Positions 24,163 through 33,197 of a stretch of DNA of 64,000 nucleotides are shown one piece after another. The notes under the pieces were generated by a model. The model was not told the DNA's origin and did no database searches. It saw nothing but the letters and a program-made list of their open reading frames with translations. Source of the DNA: Candidatus Rokuibacteriota bacterium (GTDB taxonomy: Bacteria; Methylomirabilota; Methylomirabilia; Rokubacteriales; CSP1-6); assembly GCA_003220225.1 (NCBI GenBank), contig QHRU01000038.1, positions 30,971 to 94,970 on the forward strand, given 5' to 3'. Made by a program: the position numbers and the translations under genes. Within the stretch, counting starts at the first letter, position 1. Each line of letters opens with the position of its first letter.

Positions 24163-24824
24163 GCGCGCTCCTGGCGCGGATGCTGCCCGTGGTGGCCGCC
24201 TCCGCCGTCAGCGCGCTCGGCGCGACGCTCTCGGTGCGCGCGGCCGGCGTGGACGCGCTCCGGCCGCTCTGGCAGGCGCGCCGCCCGCTGATCTACGCCG
24301 TCTGGCACGGCCGCATCCTCATCGTGCCGTGGCTCAACGCGCGGCTTCGTCGGAGCGAGGGCGCCCGGCGCGTGCGCGTGCTGGCCAGCCGCTCGCGCGA
24401 CGGCCAGCTGATGGCGGACTTCGCGCGGCGCTTCGGGCTCGACGTCGTGCGCGGGTCGTCGTCGCGCGGCGGACTGGACGCCCTGCGTGAGCTCACGCGC
24501 GCGATCCATGCCGGCGAGGACGTGGCCATGGTGCCCGACGGCCCGCGCGGACCGGCCCGCCGGCTGCAGGGCGGCATCGTGGCGCTGGCCGCGACCACGG
24601 GTGCGCCGATCGTGCCGGTGGGCGTGGCCGCGCGGCCCGCGCGCCGTCTCGGCTCCTGGGACCGCTTCATGGTGCCGGCGCCGTTCGCCAGGTGCGCGGT
24701 GGTGTTCGGCGGCCTGCTCGAGGTCAAGGGCCATGACGATCGCGAGGACGCGCGCCTGCGCGTGGAGCGCGCGCTCGAGGACGCCACCGACGCGGCGGAC
24801 GCGCTGGTCGGAGCACGCCGGTGA
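24159..24824 (+). CDS. DUF374 lysophospholipid acyltransferase family (LpxJ-like)
   Basis: WHGR, SRSRDG, RGSSSRGG, PDGPRGP, SWDRF..P.PF. Confidence 0.88.
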   Translation: MSALLARMLPVVAASAVSALGATLSVRAAGVDALRPLWQARRPLIYAVWHGRILIVPWLNARLRRSEGARRVRVLASRSRDGQLMADFARRFGLDVVRGSSSRGGLDALRELTRAIHAGEDVAMVPDGPRGPARRLQGGIVALAATTGAPIVPVGVAARPARRLGSWDRFMVPAPFARCAVVFGGLLEVKGHDDREDARLRVERALEDATDAADALVGARR

Positions 24825-26128
24825 CCTACGCGACGTACGTGCTCTACACCGCGCTGCTCGCCGCGGGCGTCACCGCGTACGCGCCGCTCGCCGTGGCGCG
24901 GCGCCTCACGCGCGGCGTGCCGCTGAACCTCCGGGCCCGGTTCGGCTACGGCGGCCAGGACGGACGGGGACCGCGCGGCTGGGTGCACGCCGTCTCGGTG
25001 GGCGAGGCGATCGCGGCGGCGCCGCTCGTGGAGGGCCTCCACCAGACGTATCCGTCGCTGCCGCTCGTGGTCACGACGGTCACGCCGACGGGCGCGCGCG
25101 TCGTCACCGAGCGCTTCGCGGGGCTCGCGAGCCATCGCTACTTTCCGCTCGACTTTCCCGGCGCCGTGCGCCGCACGCTGGCGGCCATCGACCCCGCGTT
25201 TTTCATCTGCATGGAGACGGAGCTCTGGCCCAACGCGCTGCGCGCGCTCGCCGCGCGGGGCGTGCCGACGATGATCGCCAACGGCCGGCTCTCCGACCGC
25301 TCCTTCCGGCGCTACCGGCTGGTCCGCTCGGCCCTGCGCGGCGTGCTGGCCGACGTCCGCGTCTTCGCGATGCGCTCGGACGAGGACGCGCGGCGGATCA
25401 TCGCGCTCGGCGCTCCGGCGGAGCGCGTCGTGGTGACCGGCAATCTCAAGAACGACGCGCCGGCGGACCCGGCCGGGGTCGCCGATCTCTGGCGGCGCCT
25501 GCTCGGCCTGTCGCGGGATCAGCGCGTGTGGATCGCGGGCAGCACGCACGGCGGCGAGGAGGAGGCCGCGCTCGCCGCGCACGCGGCGGCGGCGGCGGAG
25601 CACCCCGGGCTCGCGCTGATCCTGGCGCCGCGCCATCCGGAGCGGGTGGACGAGGTGCTGTCGCTCATCGCCGCCCGCGGCCTCAGGGCGGTGCGCCGCA
25701 GCGCGCTGCCCGTTGGGCGCGCCGCCGGCGCCATCATCGTCGTCGACACCGTCGGCGAGCTGGCGCAGATGTACGCCGTCGCCGACGTCGTCTTCGTCGG
25801 CGGCAGCCTCGTGCCGCTCGGCGGCCACAACGTGCTGGAGCCGGCGTTGCGCCGCAAGCCCGTGCTCATGGGTCCGCACACCGACAACTTCCGCGAGGCC
25901 GCCGGGCTCCTGACGGCGAGCGGCGGCGCCCTCGTCGTCCACGACGCCGCGTCGCTCGGGTTCGAGCTGCGCCGGCTGCTCGCCGATCCCGGGCTGGCGG
26001 CGCAGCGCGGCGAGGCCGGCTTCGAGTCGCTCGCGGCCCAGCACGGCGCCGTGCGCCAGACGCTCGAGCTCGTCGCGCGCTTCCTGGCCCCGGAGTCGCT
26101 GGCCCGCTCCGGGGACGCCGGACGGTGA
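24821..26128 (+). CDS. waaA: Kdo transferase
   Basis: WVHAVSVGE, ETELWPN, GNLK, AGSTH, APRHPER, GGHNVLEPA. Confidence 0.96.
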   Translation: MTYATYVLYTALLAAGVTAYAPLAVARRLTRGVPLNLRARFGYGGQDGRGPRGWVHAVSVGEAIAAAPLVEGLHQTYPSLPLVVTTVTPTGARVVTERFAGLASHRYFPLDFPGAVRRTLAAIDPAFFICMETELWPNALRALAARGVPTMIANGRLSDRSFRRYRLVRSALRGVLADVRVFAMRSDEDARRIIALGAPAERVVVTGNLKNDAPADPAGVADLWRRLLGLSRDQRVWIAGSTHGGEEEAALAAHAAAAAEHPGLALILAPRHPERVDEVLSLIAARGLRAVRRSALPVGRAAGAIIVVDTVGELAQMYAVADVVFVGGSLVPLGGHNVLEPALRRKPVLMGPHTDNFREAAGLLTASGGALVVHDAASLGFELRRLLADPGLAAQRGEAGFESLAAQHGAVRQTLELVARFLAPESLARSGDAGR

Positions 26129-26160
26129 GCGCCGTGCGGCCACTCGGATTTCGGGGGGCC

Positions 26161-26232
26161 GCCGTGCGAGCCCGCTTCAGGAGCCGCAGCCGCAGGCGAG
26201 GCGACGCTGTGACGAGCGAGGCGAGCCTGTGA
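26161..26232 (+). repeat. Family B junction element (copy 1)
   Basis: GTGCGAGCC..AGGAGCCGCAGCCGCAGGCGAGGCGACGCTGTGA..GCGAGGCGAGCCTGTGA, near-identical to 38198-38274. Confidence 0.85.
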
Positions 26233-27326
26233 GCGACCTGAGCGCGCGCGTCACGCGCGCCTGGCAGCGCGGGGTCGGCCCCGCCGGCTCGCGCGTTCTT
26301 GGCGTGGCCGCCGGCGGCTATCGCGGGCTCCTCGGCACGCGCGACTGGCTCTACGCGCGCGGCGTGCTCAAGTGCCGCGGGCTCGGCGTGCCCGTGGTGT
26401 CGGTGGGCAACCTCACGGTGGGCGGCACCGGCAAGACGCCTGCCGTCGAGCTCGCGGTGCGCACGCTCATGGAGCTCGGCCATCGACCCGCGGTGGTGAG
26501 CCGCGGCTACGGCCGGCGCGGCCACGGCATCCAGGTCGTCGCCGACGCCGCCTCCATCCGCCTGGATGCCGACGAGGGCGGCGACGAGCCGTTCCTTCTC
26601 GCCCGGCGGCTGCCCGGCGTGCCCGTCGTCGTGGGCGCCCATCGGTACGAGGCGGGCCGTCACGCCGTCGAGCGCTTCGGCGTCAGCGCGATCGTGCTCG
26701 ACGACGGCTTCCAGCACCGCACGCTCGCCAAGGATCTCGAGATCGTGATGGCCCGGGCCCGCGCGCCGTGGGGCAGCGCGCGGCTCCTGCCCGGCGGGCC
26801 GCTGCGCGAGCCGCTCGCGGCCCTGGCGCGCGCGCACCTGATCGTCGTCACGGGCGCGCGCGGCCGCGACGACGTCGGCGAGGTGGCCGCCGCCGCGCGG
26901 GTCCACGCCCCCGGCGTGCCGATCCTGGCCGCGCGTCACGTGCCGACCGAGTGCTGGGAAGCGGGCGCGATGCGCTATCTCGGTCCGGAGGCGCTGCGCG
27001 GGCTCAAGCTGTTCGCCTTCGCCGGCATCGGCTCACCGGACGGCTTCCGGCAGACGCTCGAGGAGACCGGCGCGCTCGAGGCGGGCTTCGCGCGGTTCGC
27101 CGATCACCACTGGTACTCGCGCGAGGAGGTGGCCGCGCTCGAGCAGCGCGCCCTCGCCGCGTCGGCCGTCGGCCTCGTGACCACGGAGAAGGACTGGGCG
27201 CGCCTGCGCCGGTTACCGCCCCGCGGCGTCCCGCTCTACGTGCTGGCGGTGCGGCTGGCGCTGCTCTCCGGAGCCGCGCAGTGGCGGGCGGCCTTCGCGC
27301 GCGCCTGTCCCGCGCCCTCCCCATGA
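26229..27326 (+). CDS. lpxK: Tetraacyldisaccharide 4'-kinase
   Basis: VGNLTVGGTGKTP, SRGYG, GDEP, LDDGFQH, GPLRE, TTEKD. Confidence 0.96.
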   Translation: MSDLSARVTRAWQRGVGPAGSRVLGVAAGGYRGLLGTRDWLYARGVLKCRGLGVPVVSVGNLTVGGTGKTPAVELAVRTLMELGHRPAVVSRGYGRRGHGIQVVADAASIRLDADEGGDEPFLLARRLPGVPVVVGAHRYEAGRHAVERFGVSAIVLDDGFQHRTLAKDLEIVMARARAPWGSARLLPGGPLREPLAALARAHLIVVTGARGRDDVGEVAAAARVHAPGVPILAARHVPTECWEAGAMRYLGPEALRGLKLFAFAGIGSPDGFRQTLEETGALEAGFARFADHHWYSREEVAALEQRALAASAVGLVTTEKDWARLRRLPPRGVPLYVLAVRLALLSGAAQWRAAFARACPAPSP

Positions 27327-28348
27327 TCTCGGCGCTCGCGGTGCGCCTGCCCAACTGGCTGGGCGACACGGTGATGGCCGAGCCGGCCGTGCGCGCGCTG
27401 CGCCGCGCGCATCCGCAGGCGCAGGTGCTGCTGGCGGGGCCGTGGGCGACGGTGCTCGGCGGCCAGGGGCTCGCGGACACGCTCGTGACCTATCCGCGCG
27501 CGTGGTCCGGGCGGCTCGCTGCCGCCGACGTCGTGCGGCGGCTCGCGCCCGACACCGCCGTGCTGCTGCCCAACTCGGTCGAGTCGGCGCTGGCCGCCTG
27601 GTACTGGGGTGCGGGCCGTCGCATCGGCTTCGACGCCGGCGTGCGCGGCAAGGTGCTCACCGACGTCGTCGCGCTGCCCGAGCCGCGGCGCCACCAGATC
27701 GACGAGTACCTGATGCTCGCCGAGCGGTGTGGCGCGAGCGCCGACGACGCGGAGCCGACGCTCACGCCGCCGCCGGCCGACGGCGCCGCGCGGGCCGAAG
27801 CGCGCGCGCTGCTCGCCGAGGCCGGCGCGCACGGCGGACGCCGCACGGTCGGCGTGCACCTGGGCGCCGCCTACGGGCCGGCGAAGACGTGGCCCGCCGA
27901 GCGCGTCGCCGAGCTCTGCCGGCTGCTCGACACCGTCGGCGCGCGCGCTGTCCTGCTCGGCACGGCCGCCGAGGCGCCCGCGGCGGCGGCCCTCGCCGCC
28001 GAGGCGCCGGCGGCGACGCTGGCCGGGCGCGATCGTCCCGCGCTGCTGCCGTCGCTCCTCGCGGAGCTGGACGCGCTCGTGTCTGGCGACACGGGCGTGG
28101 CGCATCTCGCCACCGCGCTCGGCACGCCCGTGGTCGCGCTGTTCGGTCCCACCGATCCCGCGCTGTCGGCGCCGCGCGGCCGCGCGGTGGCGCTGACCCA
28201 CCCGGTGCCGTGCGCGCCGTGCTTCTATCGCGTCTGCCCGATCGAGCATCCCTGCCTGCGCGGGCTCGAGGCCAAGCGCGTGCGCGACGCCGTGCTGGCG
28301 CTGCTGGAGAGCGCGCCACCGCCGCGTCCGGCGCGGAGGCAGCAATGA
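27323..28348 (+). CDS. waaF: LPS heptosyltransferase II (GT9)
   Basis: RLPNWLGDTVM, GAAYGPAKTW, DTG..H, FGPT, CAPC..RVCP..HPC. Confidence 0.9.
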   Translation: MISALAVRLPNWLGDTVMAEPAVRALRRAHPQAQVLLAGPWATVLGGQGLADTLVTYPRAWSGRLAAADVVRRLAPDTAVLLPNSVESALAAWYWGAGRRIGFDAGVRGKVLTDVVALPEPRRHQIDEYLMLAERCGASADDAEPTLTPPPADGAARAEARALLAEAGAHGGRRTVGVHLGAAYGPAKTWPAERVAELCRLLDTVGARAVLLGTAAEAPAAAALAAEAPAATLAGRDRPALLPSLLAELDALVSGDTGVAHLATALGTPVVALFGPTDPALSAPRGRAVALTHPVPCAPCFYRVCPIEHPCLRGLEAKRVRDAVLALLESAPPPRPARRQQ

Positions 28349-28415
28349 GCGCGCGCGTTGACTTGCCGACCGTCGAGCGGCGGAGCCCTGCGAAGCCGCG
28401 CCGACGGCAAATCCA

Positions 28416-29555
28416 ATGACCGCGGGAGCGCTGACCGTCCTGCATCTCGCGGCCAATCGCTGGTGGACTGGCAGCGCCGACCCGACCATCCAGCTCGCGA
28501 GCGCGCAGCAGGCGCGCGGCCACCGCGTGCTGCTGGCGGTGCCGCCGGGCGACCGATTCGAGGCCAAGGCGCGCGAGGCCGGGCTGACGCTGGTCGAGGG
28601 CTTCCACCTGCGCGCGCGGCTGGCGCCGTTGCAGATCGCCCGCGACGCCGTCCGGCTGCGCCGTGTCGCGCGCGAGCAGGCGGTGGACGTGCTGCACGCG
28701 CATCATTCCCACGACCACTGGCTCGCGCTGCTCGCGCGGCCCCGCAGCGGCGGGCGGCGGCCACCGGTGGCCCGCACGTTCCACGCGCTGCGCGCGGTGA
28801 AGCGCGACGCGGTGTCGCGCCGGCTCTACCGTCGCACGGACGCCGCGCTCGCCGTTTCGCGCCAGATCGAGGCGCGCTGCCGCGAGGCGGGCGTTCCTCC
28901 CGAGCGCGTGTACTGGACGCCGGGGATGGCGGACCTGCCGCGCTTCGCCGCCGAGGCCGACGGCCGCGCGGTCCGCGAGGAGTTCGCGCTGGGCGACGCG
29001 CCGGTGGTCGTGTCCGTCGCGCGGCTCGCGGCCAACCGCGGCCACGAGTTGCTGCTCGCGGGCTTTCGCGGACTGCTCGCCGATCTCCCCGCCGCGCGCC
29101 TGTTGCTGGTGGGCAAGGGGGAGACGCGCGAGCGCCTCGAGCGGCTCGTCGCCGGGCAGGGGCTCGCCCGACACGTCACGTTCGCCGGCTACCGCGACCG
29201 CGACCTGCCGTCGGTGCTGGCGGCGGCCGACTGCTTCGCCCTGATGGCGCCGGGCTCCGACGACTCGTGCCGCGCGGCGCTCGAGGCGATGGCGGCCGCA
29301 CGCCCCGTCGTCGCGCGCGCGGTCGGCGCGCTGCCGGAGACGGTCGCTCACGGCGAGACCGGACTCCTGGTGGAGGGCGACCGGCCGGAGGCGGTCGCGT
29401 GGGCGCTCCGCTCCGTGCTGACCGATCGCGCGCGCGCCCGCGCGATGGGGGCGGCGGGGCGGCGGCGCGCCGAGAAGGAATTCAGCCCGGCGCGCGCCGT
29501 CGAGACCGTCGAGCGTGCGTACCGCGCGATGCTCGGCGCCCGGCCGGCCCGGTGA
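28416..29555 (+). CDS. Glycosyltransferase family 4 (LPS core)
   Basis: GT-B fold features, ALEAMAAARPVVA, ETGLLV. Confidence 0.9.
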   Translation: MTAGALTVLHLAANRWWTGSADPTIQLASAQQARGHRVLLAVPPGDRFEAKAREAGLTLVEGFHLRARLAPLQIARDAVRLRRVAREQAVDVLHAHHSHDHWLALLARPRSGGRRPPVARTFHALRAVKRDAVSRRLYRRTDAALAVSRQIEARCREAGVPPERVYWTPGMADLPRFAAEADGRAVREEFALGDAPVVVSVARLAANRGHELLLAGFRGLLADLPAARLLLVGKGETRERLERLVAGQGLARHVTFAGYRDRDLPSVLAAADCFALMAPGSDDSCRAALEAMAAARPVVARAVGALPETVAHGETGLLVEGDRPEAVAWALRSVLTDRARARAMGAAGRRRAEKEFSPARAVETVERAYRAMLGARPAR

Positions 29556-29565
29556 GAGCTCGCCG

Positions 29566-30681
29566 GTGAGGATCCTGCACCTGATGTCGTGCCGCGGCTG
29601 GTCGTCGGACGCCTACTGGGCGGCGCGCGCGTGTCGCGAGCTCGAGCGCCGCGGGCACGCGGTGACGCTCGGGTGCAAGCGCGGCACCGACGATCGCGTC
29701 ATCGACCGCGCGCGCGAGGAGGGGGTGACGCGGATCGAGACGTTCGAGCTGGCGGGCGGCCTGCGGCCGGCGCTGGACGGCGCCGATCTGCGACGGCTCG
29801 CGCGCGCGCTGCGCGACGCCGACGTCGTGCACGTCCACCGCGGCAAGGAGCACTGGCTCGCCGCGGCCGCCGGGTACCTCACGGGCGGGCGGCGGCCGCC
29901 GGTCGTGCGCACGCGCCACATCGCGCAGGCGGTGCGGCCGCACGCCGCCAATCGCTGGCTCTACCGCCGGGCCACGGCCCTCGTCGTCACCGTGACCGAG
30001 GCGATCCGCCGCCAGTACCTCGCATCCGGCCTGCTGCCTCCCGAGCGCGTCGTCGCGCTGCAAGGCGGCGCCGACGTCGAGACGTATCGCCCGGGGCCGG
30101 CGGATCCCAGCGTCCGGCGCCGGCTCGGCGGCGACGGCGAGCCGCTCGTCGGCCTCGTCTCCGGGCTGCGCGTGATGAAGGGCCACCAGGTTGTCGTCGA
30201 CGCCCTCGCGCGTCTGGCGTCGCGGGGCCGGACCCCCCGCGTGGTCTTCGTCGGCCGCGGCACTCACGAGCCCGCCGTGCTCGCGGCGATCCACCGCGCC
30301 GGACTCGAGCGCCGCGTGACGGTCGCGGGCTTCGCCCCCGACCTCCCGGCGGTGATGGCCGCCCTCGACGTCGCGCTCTACGTGCCGCTGGAGTCCGACG
30401 GGATGTCGCGCGTGCTGTTCGAGTACCTCGCGGCCGGGCGGCCGCTCGTCGCCGCGCGCACCGGGGTCGTGCCCGAGGTGCTGGGCGACGGCGTGCACGC
30501 GCTCCTCGTGCCGGCCGGCGACGCGGGCGCGCTGGCCGAGGCCCTCGAGCGCCTGCTCGACAACGCCGCGCTCCGTGCGCGACTCGGAGCGGCCGCGCGC
30601 GCGCTGGCGCTGGAGCGCTACTCCGGTGCGCGGCTGGCCGAGGCGCTCGAAACCCTCTACGCGCGCCTCCTCGTGGCATGA
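29566..30681 (+). CDS. Glycosyltransferase family 4 (LPS core)
   Basis: RILHL start, MKGHQ, FEYLAAGRPLVA. Confidence 0.9.
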   Translation: MRILHLMSCRGWSSDAYWAARACRELERRGHAVTLGCKRGTDDRVIDRAREEGVTRIETFELAGGLRPALDGADLRRLARALRDADVVHVHRGKEHWLAAAAGYLTGGRRPPVVRTRHIAQAVRPHAANRWLYRRATALVVTVTEAIRRQYLASGLLPPERVVALQGGADVETYRPGPADPSVRRRLGGDGEPLVGLVSGLRVMKGHQVVVDALARLASRGRTPRVVFVGRGTHEPAVLAAIHRAGLERRVTVAGFAPDLPAVMAALDVALYVPLESDGMSRVLFEYLAAGRPLVAARTGVVPEVLGDGVHALLVPAGDAGALAEALERLLDNAALRARLGAAARALALERYSGARLAEALETLYARLLVA

Positions 30682-31817
30682 AGGTCTCCGTCCTCGCCTT
30701 CGACCTCTCGGACAACGCCACCGGACGCGCCGACCTGCTCGCACGCTTGCTGGCGCCGCGCTACGAGGTGGAGGTGGTGGGACCGCGCTTCGGCGACGCC
30801 GTCTGGCGCCCCGCTCGCGACGGCGCGGTCCGTTACCGCGCACTCCCGGGCGCGCGCTGGCCGCGCTTCGGCGCGATGCTGCCCGCGCTCGCCCGGCTCG
30901 CCGACGGCGACGTGTTGTTCGCCTCCAAGCCGCGGCCGACCAGCTTCGGCGTCGCGCTGCTCGCGCGACGGCAGCGACGCCGGCCGCTGATCCTCGACAT
31001 CGACGACTGGGAGCTCGGCTTCTTCTATCGCGCCGGCTTCTGGGGGCGGGTGGGGCGGCTGCTGAACCTCGGGAACCCGAACGGGCTGCCGTGGACGTGG
31101 CTCGCCGAGCGGTTCGTGGCCCGCGCCGACGCGCTGACGGTGGCCTCGCGCTTCCTCGCCGATCGCTTCGGCGGGATCCTCGTGCCCCACGTCCGCGATA
31201 CCGAGGCGTGGGCGCCGGAGCGCTTCGACCGTGCCGCGGCGCGCGCCCGGCTCGGCGTCGGCGACGCGCGCGTCGTGATGTTCCTCGGCACGCCGCGCGG
31301 CCACAAGGGCGTCGAGGATTTGGTCGAGGCGACGGCCGGACTCGACGCCGCGCGGCTCGTCCTCGTCGGCGCCAATGCCGACAGCGCCGCCGCGCGGCGC
31401 TGGGCCGCGCGCGGGCACGTGAAGGTCGTCGGCGAGATCCCGTTCGACGACGTGCCGCGCTACCTGGTGGCTGCCGACGTGGTCGCCGTGCCGCAGCGCG
31501 CGACCACGGACACGCTCGGGCAGGTGCCCGCGAAGCTCTTCGACGCGATGGCGCTGGGACGGCCGATCGTGTCCACGGCCGTGTCCATGATCCCCGAGAT
31601 CCTCGAGGGCTGCGGCGTGCTCGTTCGTCCGGGCGACACGACGGCGCTGCGCGTGGCCCTCGGGCGCCTGCTCGACGATCCGGCGAGCGCCGCCGAGCTG
31701 GGACGCCGCGCCCGTCAGCGCTGCGCCGAGCGCTACAGCTTCGCCACCGCCCGCGCCGTCCTGTTCCCGCTCATCGACGATCTCGCCTCCAAGTTCCGTC
31801 TGAAGCGAGGCACGTGA
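30678..31817 (+). CDS. Glycosyltransferase family 4
   Basis: HKGVEDL, PAKLFDAMALGRPIVST. Confidence 0.9.
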   Translation: MKVSVLAFDLSDNATGRADLLARLLAPRYEVEVVGPRFGDAVWRPARDGAVRYRALPGARWPRFGAMLPALARLADGDVLFASKPRPTSFGVALLARRQRRRPLILDIDDWELGFFYRAGFWGRVGRLLNLGNPNGLPWTWLAERFVARADALTVASRFLADRFGGILVPHVRDTEAWAPERFDRAAARARLGVGDARVVMFLGTPRGHKGVEDLVEATAGLDAARLVLVGANADSAAARRWAARGHVKVVGEIPFDDVPRYLVAADVVAVPQRATTDTLGQVPAKLFDAMALGRPIVSTAVSMIPEILEGCGVLVRPGDTTALRVALGRLLDDPASAAELGRRARQRCAERYSFATARAVLFPLIDDLASKFRLKRGT

Positions 31818-31875
31818 CGGCAGTGCGGCGGATCGTGCGCGCGCGCTTCGCTGGCGAGTGGGCAAGCGCGTGGCC

Positions 31876-32031
31876 GCGGCGGCGGGCCGGCGGGGCGGCC
31901 GGCCCTGTTCGGCCACGCAAATCGACAACGCAGTGCGCCTGTCATCGGCCCACGATGTACAGCCGGAATCGACGCAATACCCAGAAGACACGGGCCTCAC
32001 AGGGCCGGCCGCCCCGCCGACCCGCCGCCGC
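31876..32031. repeat. 33-bp inverted repeats flanking a 90-bp lower-GC core (MITE-like)
   Basis: GCGGCGGCGGGCCGGCGGGGCGGCCGGCCCTGT (31876-31908) vs reverse complement at 31999-32031, 1 mismatch. Confidence 0.8.
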
Positions 32032-32061
32032 AACCCACACGCTCGGCGCCGCCACCGTGTC

Positions 32062-33156
32062 ATGAGAATTCTCATCATCGCTCGCCCGTATGCGTTTCAT
32101 GGGGGCGTGGAGAGTGCGACGGCCGGGCTGATGCGCGCGCTCGTCGCGTACGGCCACGACGTGCATCGCGCCGGTCCTGGCCGCCAGTCGCCGCAGATCG
32201 GTGTCACCGAGCACCCGCTGCCTCTCCCGCCGCTGCCCTCGGCAGCGCGTGGGCTGGCGCTGGCGCTCGCGGCCGTGGTCGTCGCCCGCCGCCGGGGGTG
32301 GGACGTGGTGCAGAGCCACGAGCGCACGCTCGTTCAGGATGTCTATCGCGCGGGCGAGGGGTGCCACCGCGCGTATCTCGAGGCGATCGGCGCCTCGGCG
32401 GGACGGCGGCTGCATCACGCGGTGACGCTCGCCCTCGAGCGGCGCGTGTTCGCGCGCACGCCCCAGATCGTCGCGATCGCGCGACGCGGCGCGGAGGAGA
32501 TCGCGCGGCACTACGCGGTGCCGGCACCGCGGCTCTCCGTCGTCTACAACGGCGTGGACCTGGAGCGCTTCCATCCACGGCTGCGCGGTCCGCATCGCGA
32601 GGGCGCGCGCGACGAGGCCGGCATCCCGGCCGGCGCGTTCACCGCGCTGTTCGCCGGCAGCGGCTTCGCGCGCAAGGGTCTCGCGACGGCGATCCGCGCG
32701 CTCGCGCAGCTCACGGACTCGCGCGCGCGCCTGCTCGTGGTCGGGCGGGACGACACGGCTCCCTATCGGCGGCTCGCGGGCGAGCTCGGCGTGGCGGGAC
32801 GCGTCGCGTGGCTCGGCGCGCGGCCGGACATCGAGCGCTGGTACGCCGCCGCCGACGCGCTGGCGCTGCCCACGCGCTACGAGCCGTTCGGCAACGTCCA
32901 CCTCGAGGCGCTCGCGAGCGGCCTGCCCGTGGTGACGAGCGTGGTGGCGGGCGGTGCCGAGATCGTCGACGAGCGCTGCGGCGCGATCGTGGCCCCTGAT
33001 GACGCCGCCGGGCTCGCGGCCGCGCTCGACAAGCTGCGTGGCCGGAACGCGGCGGAGGTTCGCGACGCGGCGCGCGCGGCCGCCGAGCCGTTCACTTTCG
33101 CGCGGCAGGTGCGCGCGCTGGAAGAGGTCTATCGTCGTTTGGGGCGCAACCGCTGA
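32062..33156 (+). CDS. Glycosyltransferase family 4, WaaG/RfaG-like
   Basis: GGVE, QSHER, YRAGEGCH, NGVD, GSGFARKG, YEPFGNVHLEALASGLPV. Confidence 0.9.
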   Translation: MRILIIARPYAFHGGVESATAGLMRALVAYGHDVHRAGPGRQSPQIGVTEHPLPLPPLPSAARGLALALAAVVVARRRGWDVVQSHERTLVQDVYRAGEGCHRAYLEAIGASAGRRLHHAVTLALERRVFARTPQIVAIARRGAEEIARHYAVPAPRLSVVYNGVDLERFHPRLRGPHREGARDEAGIPAGAFTALFAGSGFARKGLATAIRALAQLTDSRARLLVVGRDDTAPYRRLAGELGVAGRVAWLGARPDIERWYAAADALALPTRYEPFGNVHLEALASGLPVVTSVVAGGAEIVDERCGAIVAPDDAAGLAAALDKLRGRNAAEVRDAARAAAEPFTFARQVRALEEVYRRLGRNR

Positions 33157-33162
33157 TTTTCC

Positions 33163-33191
33163 TTGAGCAAACGACGCCGAGAGCATAGACT
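33163..33191 (+). promoter_or_regulatory. Putative sigma70 promoter (TTGAGC-17-TAGACT); leaderless gmhB candidate
   Basis: -35/-10 with 17-nt spacing; GTG start 6 nt after the -10. Confidence 0.6.
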
Positions 33192-33197
33192 GCCGGA

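Noticed and set aside
31858-32061. N-terminal extension of the WaaG-like glycosyltransferase
   Set aside because: Derived from the inverted-repeat spacer; the GT4-typical start MRILII is at 32062.
28416-33156. Horizontally acquired glycosyltransferase island
   Set aside because: Composition matches the flanks, genes are coupled to core LPS genes, and no mobility genes are present.
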